Assembly: GCF_963921235.1 (NCBI RefSeq)
Contig: NC_086101.1
Coordinates: 12,030,001-12,094,000 of the forward strand
Length of the DNA stretch: 64,000 nucleotides
Source of the DNA: Mobula hypostoma
Lineage: Eukaryota
Direction of reading: 5' to 3'
Part shown: in pieces, positions 10,901-22,900 of the stretch
Layout of the letters: each line of letters starts with the position of its first letter
How positions within the stretch are numbered: position 1 is the stretch's first letter
Made by a program: the position numbers and the translations under genes
Notes under the pieces: generated by a model
What the model was told of the DNA's origin: nothing
Databases searched by the model: none
Seen by the model: only the letters and a program-made list of their open reading frames with translations

Positions 10901-13900
10901 GGTATTGATGAGAAGAGGTCATGTCCTAGAACTCCCACAGGATTCAAAAGCAAATTATCATACTTTGTAAAATACAGTGCCTATAAAAAGTATTCATCCC
11001 CTCCCCCCTTTCAAAGTTTTCATGTTTTGTATTTTTTACAACATTGAATCATAGTGGATTTAATTTGGCTTTTTTTGACACTGATCAACAGAAAAACACT
11101 CTTGAGCCAATGTAAAAACAGAACTCTACAAAGTGATCTAAATTAATTATAAATATAAAACACAAAATAATTGCATATGTATTCACCCCCCCCCCCTTAA
11201 TATGACACACCAAATCATCACTGGAGCTGCCAATTGGTTTTAGAAGTCACATAATTAGTTAAATGGAAATCTGTTTTTGGAGACCTGTGTACAGTCAAGG
11301 TGTTTCCACTGATTGTAGTAAAAATACACATGTATCTGGAATGTCCAACTGCTGGTGAGTCAACTTCCTGGTAAAAACTGCACCATGAATACAAAAGAAC
11401 AATCCAAGCAACTCCGCGCAAATGTTGTTGAAAAGCACGTGTCAGGAGTTGGATACGAGAAAATTTCCAGTCACTGAATATCCCTTGTTAAGTCAATCAT
11501 CAAGAAATGGAAAGAATATGGCACAGCTGTAAATCTGCCAACAGCAGGCAGTCTTCACAAATTGAGTGACTGTGCAAGAAGGGGACAAGTGAGGGAGGCC
11601 ACCAAGAGACCTATGACAACTCTGAAGGAGTTACAAGCTTCAGTGGCTGAGATGGGAGAGAGAGTGCATACAACTGTTGCCCAGGTGCTTTACCAGTCAC
11701 AGCTTTATGGGAGAGTGACAAAGTGACAGCCAATGTTGAGGGAAAAATAAAACTCACGTGAAATCTGGGCTAGAGTTCCCTGAAGGCATTGTGGGAGACT
11801 CTGAAGTCAACAGGAAGTAAGTTCTATGGTCTGATGAAACCAAAATTGAGCTTTTTAGCCATCAGACTAAATGCTATGTTTGGCGTAATTCTCAATCCAT
11901 TGAGAATTTGTGGCTGGGCTCGAAAAGGGCTGTTCACTCATGAAGCCCATACAATCTGACAGAGATTGAACGGTTTTGTAAAGAAGAATGAGGAAAAATT
12001 GCGTTCCAGATGTGCTAAGCCAATAGAGACCTATCCACACAGACTCAAGGTTGTAATTGCTGCCAAACGTGCATCTATTAACTACTGACTTGTGTATTTA
12101 TGCAATCCATTATTTTGTGTTTTATATTTGTATAAATTTAGACCAATTTGTTTTCACTTGGAAAAATAATGTGGTGTATAGATAGGGTGAATGCGTGCAG
12201 GATTTTCCCATCAGGTCCTGTGAGGCCTGAACTAGAGGTCATAGGTTAAGGATGAAAGGTGAAATATTCAATGGGAACCTGAAGGGGAACTTCTCCACCT
12301 CAGAGGCTGATGTAAGTGTGGAGTGAACTGCCAGTGGACGTGGTGGATGTGGGTTCACTTATAACACTGAAGATGTTATAACTGAACATGGACGAGTACG
12401 TGGATGAACGAGGTGTTGCGGGTTATGGTCTAGGTGCAGGTTGATGGGACCAAGCAGAAAATCAGGTTCGCTCAGACTAGATGGGCCGAATAGCCTGGTC
12501 CTGTGCAGAAGTGCTCTATGACTGGGTTGGGGAGAGCTGTGAAGGGTGTTGGGGGGGGGGGAGAGCGAGAGGAGGAGGGGAGGGGGCAGAGAGAGAGAGC
12601 TCCCTCCCGCTCTCCCCACAATCAGGACCTGCAGGACCATGCTCACTGTGCCGGCCTGGGTACTCGGACCCATATCTCTCTCTCTCTCCCCCCACCCAGT
12701 CTGTCCAACTGCAGTCCTCGTGGGCAGTCTGTCCACACTAGAGCCCCGGGGTGATTCTTTGCTGGGTTTGTGCCAGATTCCTGATGTAGTAACTGTATCA
12801 GTAAAGCTGTAATGACCACGTTCGGTGTCGGTTACATTAGAGCTCTCATTCATGTACAGAGCACGAGAGTCATAGTCTTACAGCATGGAAGTATGCCATT
12901 TGGCTCAATTCATACTCTCACTCACACTCAGAGACAGACAAACACTGTTTCTCACTCTTGCTCTTTCGCTTTCTCGCTCTCACATGTACGTACTCACTCG
13001 CGTTCTCTTTGTCTCTGTCACAGAATGCAACTGATGGACACGCTCATGCACGTGTACGCCCAGAACAGATTCTGCAGGTGCTGGAAAGCTTGTGTCACAC
13101 ACACAAAATGCTGAAGCAACTCAGCAAGTCAGGCACCATCTATTGAGAGGAATAAACAGTCAATGTTTTGGGCCAAGACTCTTCATCAGGACTGGATGAC
13201 AAGGAAATACCTTTCCATATTGATCCTGTGTCCAAGCACAACTAAAACTACTTTCTCCAGCTGTATATTTTCGGGTATTTATCCCATGTACATTGGAACC
13301 TCCCTGTGCAAGATACAGTGGGACGAACACCGTTTGCGCTGGATCACTTTTTTACTCTGAATCCGTATATTTTTCTCCAGCCCTGCTGATGGGTCTCGGC
13401 ACGAAATGTCGACTGTTTACTTTTTTCCCATGGAAGCTGCCTGGCCTGCTGAGTTCCTCCAACGTTTTGTGTGTGTTGCTTGGATTGGATCAGTGTTGTT
13501 CTTGTTTTTAGCAGCCTAGATTTCAAAAAACATGTACCTTTTAAATTGGAAGTACATTTTGATTTATACTGTGTTCAGCCAATTCGTGATTTGTTTAAGT
13601 ACACCCACTAATGTTTCCCACAGGTGACCCTGTGACAGAGCAGAGCCTGGAGGAAGACTCATCTCTCCACTCGCCCCCATTCAGCCTTCAGCCTCCAGTT
13701 TTCAGCAAGGAGCCTTTGCAAAGTAAGATTCAAACATTTGCCCACTGCATATTTTCTGCCTTTCTGGTGCTTTCGGGGCCAGACCTGCCCTTGGACTCTA
13801 GTTTATCTTATTAGTCCTTCAAACCAAATGTTTGGCCCATGAAAGGACAAAATGTAGCTTATTACTATAAACTCAACAAGCAGCACCCAAGCTCAGGATT

Positions 13901-16900
13901 GAACTCAGGACCCTGCCGCTGGTTGGTTAATGGTGCACATTGCCCTTGGGAATTTCGAGTTCCAGTGAAAGTTGATATCACCGGAATTTCATTGTTCTGC
14001 CCCACACAGTGTTGCCACCTCTGCCTATATTTATATCCTCTTTTGGTGGCACGGTGCCAGGTTCACCACAGTCTGAACCTGAGCAAGTTACCAATCATAA
14101 CCCCGGAGTTGTTTGCTGCGGGTTCCTCCCCCTCACCCAAATAGAAACATAGAAAACCTACAGCACAGTACAGGCCCTTAGGCCCACAAAGCTGTGCCCA
14201 ACATGTCCTTACCTTAGAAATTACCTAGGGTTACCCATAGCCCTCTATTTTTCTGAGCTCCAAATACCTCTCCAGGAGTCTCTTAAAAGACCCTATCATA
14301 TCCGCCTCCAGCACCGTTGCCGGCAGCCCATACCACACACTCACCACTCTCTGTGTTTTAAAAAAAAAAAAAACAACTTGTCCCTGACATCTCTGTACCT
14401 ACTTCCAAGCACCTTAAAACTGTGCCCTCTCAAGCTAGCCATTTCAGCCCTGGGATAAAGCCTCTGACTATCCACACGATCGATGACTCTCATCATCTTA
14501 TACGCCTCTCATCCTCCATTGCTCCAAGGAGAAAAGGCCGAGTTCACTCAACCTATTCTCATAAGGCATGCTCCCCAATTCAGGCAATATTCTTGTAAAT
14601 CTCCTCTGCACCCTTTCTGTGGCTTCCACATCCTTCCTGTAGTGAGGTGACCAGAACTGAGCACAGTACTCCAAGTGGGGTCTAACCAGGGTCCTATATA
14701 GCTGCAACATTACCTCTTGGCTCTTAAACTCAATCTCATGATTGATGAAGGCCAATACACTGTATGCCTTCTTAATCACAGAGTCAAGCTGCACAGCAAC
14801 TTTGAGTATCCTACGGACTTGGACCCCAAGATCCCTCTGATCCTCCACACTGCCAAGAGTCTTACCATTAATGCTATATTCTGCCATCATATTTGACCTA
14901 CCAAAATGAACCACTTCACACTAATCTGGGTTGAACTACATCTGCCACTTCTCAGCCCAGTTTTGCACCCTATCAGTGTCCCACTGTAACCTCTGACAGC
15001 CCTCCACACTATCCACAACACCGCCAACCTTTGTGTCATCAGCAAACTTACTAACCCATCCCTCCACTTCTCATCCAGGTCACTTATAAAAATCATGAAG
15101 AGTAAGGGTTCCAGAACAGATCCCTGAGGCACACCACTAGTCACCGACCTCCATGCAGAATATGACCCGTCTGCAACCACTCTTTGCCTTCTGTGGGCAA
15201 GCCAGTTCTGGATCTACAAAGCAGTGTTCCCCTGGATCCCATGCCTCCTTACTTTTTCAATAAGCCTTGCATGGGGTACCTTATCAAATAAGGAGTTGTG
15301 CCTAGGGAAATTTTAGTGTAGCACTATTTCAGTGCTCATGGCCCGGGTTCAATTCCTACAGCTGTCTGTATCTGCTTTTCCTGTGACTGCACGGGTTTCC
15401 CCCAGGTGCTCGAGTTTCCTCCCACATTCCAAAGATGTACAGTTTGGTAGGTTAACATTTGGGTGTAATTGGGTGGCGTAGGGTTGATGAGCTGGAAGGG
15501 ACTGTTTCTCTTATATACAAATTTCACCCCCACCTCTCACTACAGATAGCTTGTGTGGGATCAGCGATTAAACCTGCCGCTTATGATTCTCAGACACAGT
15601 TAGTTTGCGGTTGAGATGTTTCAGCTTGAAAAAGATGGGGCTGTTTTCTAACAAGGTGTCTTTGTTGTTCCCCAGAGCTGAAATGAGAGGTTGCATTTTC
15701 TTCTGTTGCCTTGGCAATCTGGCCTCTCATTTGTACAGCTGACCACCCAGCCAAGATTTTGATGAATCATTTTTAACAGCTCTTGCCTGGGGGAGGACAG
15801 ATCAGTATCTTAAAGGGGCAATGCATCAGTTCCTGTGCTTCATACTGCGACTGAATGGATTTTGATCACAGCTGTGATCAAAAAGATTACTTAACAGCTC
15901 CACCACATGTCAGGGGGAGGAATTGTCTTTTAAAAAATTTAGACGACAATTGGATTTATTATCGCTGAATTGTATGACATGAAAGTAGTTGTTTTGCAGC
16001 AGCAGTAGAGTGCAAAGATATTAAAATTACTCTAATTTTCAAAAAGAAGCTGCAAAAAAATGAGGTAGTGTTCATGGGCTGTTCAGAAATCTGATGGCAG
16101 AGGGCAAGAAGCTGTTTCTAAATCATTCTGGGTCTTCAGGCTCCTGTACCTCCTCCCGGAAGGTGGTAACAAGAAGAGAGCGTGTCTGGATGTTAACAGA
16201 CTTTGGTGATGGATGCTGCCGTCTTGAGGTATCGCCCTTTGAACATGTCCTCGATGGTGGGGAGGCCGTGCCTGGACTGGAGCTGGCTGACTCTGCAGCC
16301 TCTTGCGATCCTCAAAGGCAAAGTCCTTCAGTGACACAGCACGGAAACAAACCCTCCGAAGTTCAAAGTGAAATTTGTTATTGGAGTACACAACCCTGAG
16401 ATTCTTTTTCTGTGGGCATACTTAGCAAGTCTGTGGAACAGTAACTGTAAACAGGATCAATGAACAACAAACTCTGCAAGTGCAAATATAAATAAATAGC
16501 GATAAATAATGAGAGCATGGATTAACGAGATAAAGAGTCTTTAAAGTGAGTTCATTGGTTATGGCAACACTGGAAATCGAATGAATGTAGATATCCTCTT
16601 TTGTTCAAGAGCCTGATGGCTGAGGGGTAGTAACTGTTCTCATGCAGGTCCTGAGGTTCTTACGCCTTCTGCCTGATGCCAGCAGCAAAAAAAGAGCATA
16701 GCCTGGGTAGTGAGGAGCCTCGATGATGGGTGCAGTTTTGCTATGGCAGTGTTTCATGTAGTTGTGCTCAATGGTTGGGAGGGCTTTACCCGTGATGTAG
16801 TAGATTCACCCCAGTACCTTTTGTAGAATTTTCCACTCGAAGGCATTGGTGTTCCCATACCAGGCTGTAATGCAACCAGTCAGCACACTTTCCACCACAC

Positions 16901-19900
16901 ATCTATAGAAGTTTGCCAAAGTTTTTCATGACATGCCAAATCTCTGCGGACTCCTGAGCAAGTATGCCCAACTTGTCCGAGACCAAGGTTGCTGGTTCCA
17001 TTTGCTCACATATGACCTATTCCACTCTAACTCTAACTCTACCTCTTTCCTCTCCGTGTACCTGTCCACATGTCTTCTAAATATTATTGTTCCTCCCTCA
17101 ACCACTCCCGCAAGCAGCTTGTTAGATCAGAGTTACAGGGAAGTAGTCACACCGAAGTTGCAGGAGGCGAGTAGCTGTGTGACTGTCAGGAAAAATGGAA
17201 ATGTGAATAGGCAGTTAGTGCAAAGCACCCCTTGCCCATTACCCTCAAAATTAAGTATACCATTTGGATAATGTGGTGGAGGATGACCTCCCGGGGAATG
17301 CCACAGAGACCGGGTTACTGGCACTGAGCGTGGGTCTGTGGCGCAGAAGGGAAAGAGGGAGAAGAGGGGAGCAGTAGTGATAGGGGACTCAATGGTCAAG
17401 AGAACAGACAGCAGATTCTGTGGACATGAACGAGATACCCAAATGGTATGTTGCCTCCCAGGTGCCAGGGTCAGGGATGTCTCTGTTCACATCCACAGCA
17501 CTTTGGAGGGGGAGGGGAGAGCAGCCAGATGTCTTGGTACATGTTGGTACCAATGACATAGAAAGGAAAAGCAAAGGGGTCCTGAAAAGAAAATTTAGAG
17601 AACTATGCAGAAAGCTGAGAAGTAGGACCTCCAGGATAGTAATTTCTAAATTGCTACCTGTGCCACGCGCCAGTGAAGGTAGAAACAGGATGATCTGGCA
17701 GTTTAATGCGTGGCTGAGAAGCTGGTGTATGGGGCAATTCTTTCAGTTCCTTGTATCATTGGGATCTCTTCTGGGGGAGGTATGACCAGTACAAAAGGGA
17801 CCAGTTCCACCGACCTTGAGGGGAACCAGTATTCTCGAGGCAGATTTGTTAGAGCTGTTGGGGAGGGTTTAAACTAATTGCAGCCAGCAGGGTGAGTATC
17901 AGTGCATTGGGGATGCAAATCAAATAGGGTAGCAAATACAAAACTCAAAGTGTTGTATCTCAGTGCATGGAGTATAAGAAATAAGGTGGATGATCTTGTT
18001 GCATTGTTATGGGTTGTTGGGTACAATGTTGTGGTCATCACCGAATCGTGGCTGAAGGATGGTTGTAGTTGGGAGCTGAATGTCCAAGGTTACACATTAT
18101 ATCGGAGGGATAGGAAGTTAGGCAGAGGGCGGTGTTGTGGCATCAAATCAGTAGAAAGATGTGACATAGGATTAGATGATGTTGAATCCTTGTGAGTTAA
18201 GAAATTGCAAGGTTAAAAAGGACCATGATGGCAGTTATGTACAGGCCTCCCAATAATAGCTTGGATATGGACCACAGGTTACAACAGAAAATAGAAAAGG
18301 CTGTAAAAGGGCAATGTTATGATAGTCATGAGAGATTTCAACATGTAGGTCGATTGGGGAAAATCAGATTGGTAATGGATCTCAAGAGTGAGTTTGTTCA
18401 ATGCCTGTGAGATGGCTTTTTAGGGTAGTTTGTCGTTGGGCTTACTAGTGGATCAGCTACACTGGATTAGGTGTGTAATGAACCGGAGGCGATTAGGGAG
18501 CTCAAGGTAAAACAACCCTTAGGAGACCAATGATCACAATATGATTGAGTTCAACTTGAAATTTGATAGGGAGAAAGTAAAATCTGACAAGCAGTAATTC
18601 AGTGGAGTAAAGGAAATTACAGTGGTATGAGGGAGGAGTTGGCCAAAGAGATGCTGAGAAGCATGACAGCGGAGCATCAATGGCATGAGTTTCTGGGAAA
18701 AATGACGAAGCTGCAGGATAGATGTATTTGAAAAATGAAGAAATGTTCAAGTGGCAAAATATTACAACTGGCTAACGGGAAGTCAAAGCCAACATAAAAG
18801 CAAAAGGGAGGGCATACAACAAAGCAAAAATTAGCAGGAAGATAGAGAATTGGGAAGCTTTTAAAAGCTTACAGAGAGCGATTAAAAGAATCATTAGGAG
18901 GGAAAAGGTGAAATATGAAAGAGATGAGAGTGGATATAGGACCGTTAGAAAATGAGGCTGGAGAAATAATAATGAGGAAGAAGGAGATGCCTGTATTGGG
19001 CTGTAGGGTTTCTATGACCTTTCAAATATCATTGGACTCTGGCATGGTACCAGGGGACTGGAAAATTGCAAATGTCACTCCACAGGGAAGTAGTTACAAA
19101 GGAGGAAGGCAGCAGAAAGGAAATTATAGTCCAGTTAGCCTGACCTCAGTGGTTGGGAAGATGTTGGAGTCAGTTGCTAAGGATGAGATGATAGAGTACT
19201 CAGTGACACAGGATAAGATGGGACAAAGTCAGCATGGTTTCCTCAAGGGAAAATCTTGCCTGATGAAGCTGTTGGAAGTCTTTGAGGAGATTACAAATCA
19301 GACAGATAAAGTGGATGCAGTGGATGTTGTATATTTGGACTTTCAGAAGGCGTTTGACAAGGTGCCACACATAAGGCTGCTTAAGAATTTAAGACCCCAT
19401 GCTATTACAGGAAAGTTACTGCCATGGTTGGAGCAGTGTCTGATTGGTAGGAGGCAGCGAGTGGGAATAAAAGGACCCTCTTCTGGATGGCTGCCGGTGA
19501 TTTGTGGTGTTCCTCAGGGATCGGTGTTGGGACCACTTCTTTTTATGCTGTGTAACCCTTTGGTTCAGCTAGCGGCTTAATCTAGGGGAAAACAGTCTCC
19601 AGCCCGAGCAAACTTGAGAAACCTTGTTTGGGTGGATGCTGCGTTACAAATCAGTACCCCGAAATAACAAACAATACACAATATGCAATTAAACGATTGA
19701 GCTTTATAATTCTTAATCTGACTATAGGTTAGAAAAGAAACAGAGAGAATTCTCATGAAACAGTCTGATGCGTAATGTTGGAGTTCCATGTTTTCCCGTC
19801 TCTTAGTTCTCCATTGATTTTCCCCTCGGCATTTACTCCCAACCCCATTCCGAGTCCGCTCCATCCTGCAGACTACGACTTCCCCGTTAGGCATATGCTG

Positions 19901-22900
19901 TCTCCATCTTCCGCTGAATGAAAGACCGCAAAACCTTCGCTTGGGCGCACAAAAAAGAAAAGCATCTTCCCTCATTGGCCAGAGCACATTCCAAAGTCCT
20001 GTTACCTCTAGTCATAACCTAAGCACTGCGCTACAGAGAAATCATTACAGTAGCATGAAACATTACAACACATTATAGCTGTATAGCAATTGTTCAGATG
20101 ATGGAATCAGTGGCTTTGTTGGCGAGTTTGCCGATGATACGAAGTTTGGTGGAGGGGCAGGTAGTGTTGAGGAAACAGGAAGGCTGTAGAAGGACTTAGA
20201 CAGATTAGGAGAATGGGCAAGAAAGTGGTAAATGAATTACAATGTTGGAAAATGTATGGTTATACATGTTGGTAGTCGAAATAAATGTGAGGACTATTTT
20301 CTAAACAGAGAAAATCCAAAAATCTGAGAAGTAAAGGGACTTGGAAGTCCTTGTGCAGAACGCCCTAAAGGTTAACTTGCAAGTAGAGTCGATGGTGAAA
20401 AACGCAAATGCAATGTTTGCATTCATTTCAAGAGGTCTTGAATACAAGAGCAGGGATGTGATGCTGAGGCTTTATAAGGCACTGGTGAGGGCTCATCTTG
20501 AGTATTGTGAACAGTTTTGGGCTCCTTGTATAAGAAAAGATGTGCTGGCATCAGAGAGGTTTCAGAGGAAGTTCACAATGATGATTCCAGGAATGAAAGG
20601 GTTATTGTAAAAGGAACAATTGATGGCTCTGGTCTGTACTCACTGGAATTTAGAAGGATGGGGGGGTGGGGGTTCTCATTGAAACCTTTCAAATATTGAA
20701 AGGCCTAGACAGAGTAGGTGTAGAAAGGATGTTTCCCATGGTGGAGGAGTCTAGGGCAAAAGGGCACAGCATCAGGATAGCGGGGCATACAGTTAACACA
20801 GATGCAGAGGAAGTTCTTTAGCCAGAGGGTGGTCAATTGGAATTTGTTTCCCCAGGTGGCTGTAGAAGCCAGGTCGTTGGGTGTATTTAAGGCAGAGATT
20901 GATAGGTTCTTGACTGGACGCGGCATCAGAGGTTATGGTGACTGGGGCTGAGGAGGGAGTGAAAGAATTAGCCATGATTGAATGGTGGAGCAGACTTGAT
21001 GGTACAAATGGCCTAATTCTGTTCCTGTGTCTTATGGTCTTATATACACGACCAAATCTGTATGAAGAAGTTTCCCTCAGGTCTCAAATCTTTCCCTTTC
21101 TCACATTAAACTTGTGCCCACTAGTTTTTGATTCCCTTTTTAAAAGGCTGCTTGCTTTCAAAAGTCTGTGCGGTTGAGTATCTATGCGGTGAGAGAGAGA
21201 TTGAATCTGTCTGATCAGAAATGACTATGGTGGAGAGTTAATTACAAACAACAAAAAGCCTTGGCTGACGATGGAGGGGTGAAGAAGGAAGAAAACTATA
21301 CTGTATATAGAGACAAAAGACTGTATATAGACACAAACTCAATGTGCAAAAGAAGACAAACTGATCAGATAAAAGCTATTCCTAAGAACAGGAGTTGTAG
21401 AGTCTTTGAAAGTGAGTCTGTTGGTTGTAGAATCACTTCAGAGTTGAGGTGAAGAACGTTATTTATTTGCTTATTTTTATTGAGATACCTCGCAGACCAG
21501 CCCCTTCTGGCCCTTCGAGCTGCGCTACCCACCACTCTCCCGATTTAGTCATGGGACAATATACGATAATCTACCAACCGGTCCATCTTTGGACTGTGGA
21601 AGGAAAGTGGAGCACCCGAAGGAAACCCAAATGGTCCTGTGGCCATCGTATAAACTCCAGAGAGACGCTGGCAATATTGAACCCGGTTTGTCCACACTGT
21701 AAAGCATTGTGCTAACCACTGCACTACAGTGCTGCTCTGGTTCAGGTTCAGGGGATAACATCTGTTCCTGAACGTGTGGTGTGACACCCAAGGCTTCTGT
21801 ACCTCCTACCTGACTCTTGCGGCAAATAGAGAGCACGGCCTGGATACTGGAGTTGGGCATATTGGAGATTGATGCTACTTTCTTGCGGCAGTGCTCCACG
21901 TAAATGTACTCAGTGGGGGCGGGGGGGAGGTTTTTTCCTGTGACGGACTGGACTGTGTGCACTTTCTGTCACCTTTTCTGTTCCTGGACAGATTCCTAGG
22001 TTGGAGAATACCATATTCCTCCCTGCCTGTAGTTAATATGTCCGTGCAGAATCGGCAAATCTTGTTCGGTCGATTGTCTATAAAGGCTGAAATTTTCTTC
22101 TTTGTTTAAATGTACATGCCACTCGGCTTGCAAGGCAGGAAGGGTTAAAGGTCACAGAACCATTACCACTGTTGATTCTTCAAACGCAGTGGCCGATATG
22201 AAAAATTGGCTGCATTAAAGCCAGGAAAGCTGCCGTCTCCAAAAGCAAGTCTAAGCTGAGCCAGCCAGCTTCCTCCTTCCCGGCACCGCAGAGAACTTGC
22301 CAGTGGGTTTTGGCCTGCCAAGGCTGCCTGGGGTGAGGGATTGGCCAAGGAATGTAGCTTCTGAGCATTACATGGTGATTGCTGACTGCAGAGACAGCAG
22401 ATGCTGCATGAGGAAGGCATGTGAGCGTGACTGTAACCACACGGTCTGCTGGCAGGGGGCATGTGGACTGGTCATGAATACTGAAACGCAGAAGATGGCT
22501 TGTGCTTATGCTGCTGCAACCCAGGTAATGGCGGGGGGGGGGCGCGGTGAAGTGGTAGGTGAATAATTCCCTTTGCCCCTTCAATCTTTGCTCTTCTCCA
22601 TTTTCCTTAGATTGACACTTCCCTCTAACCACAGAGGCAAAAAATCATGAGGGCGAAGACTGAAGGTGTTGTATTTAAATGCGTGTAGCATTCGGAATAA
22701 GGTGGATGAACTCGTGGTGCAATTAGAGATTGGTCGGTGTGACGTTACGGGCATCACTGAGTCGTGGCTGAAGGGAGGCCATAGTCGGGAGCTTAACATC
22801 AAAGGATATACTTTGTATCGAAAGGGCAGGCAGGAAGGCATTGGCGGTGGTGTAGCTCTGTTGGGAAGAGATGGAATTACATCTTTAGAAAGAGGTGACA

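Noticed and set aside
12905..13030. CT/CA-rich tract as a functional element
   Set aside because: Degenerate microsatellite with no further structure.
15660..15695. Possible extra MDC1 exon after ttgttccccag
   Set aside because: In-frame TGA in phase 1 and no good donor.
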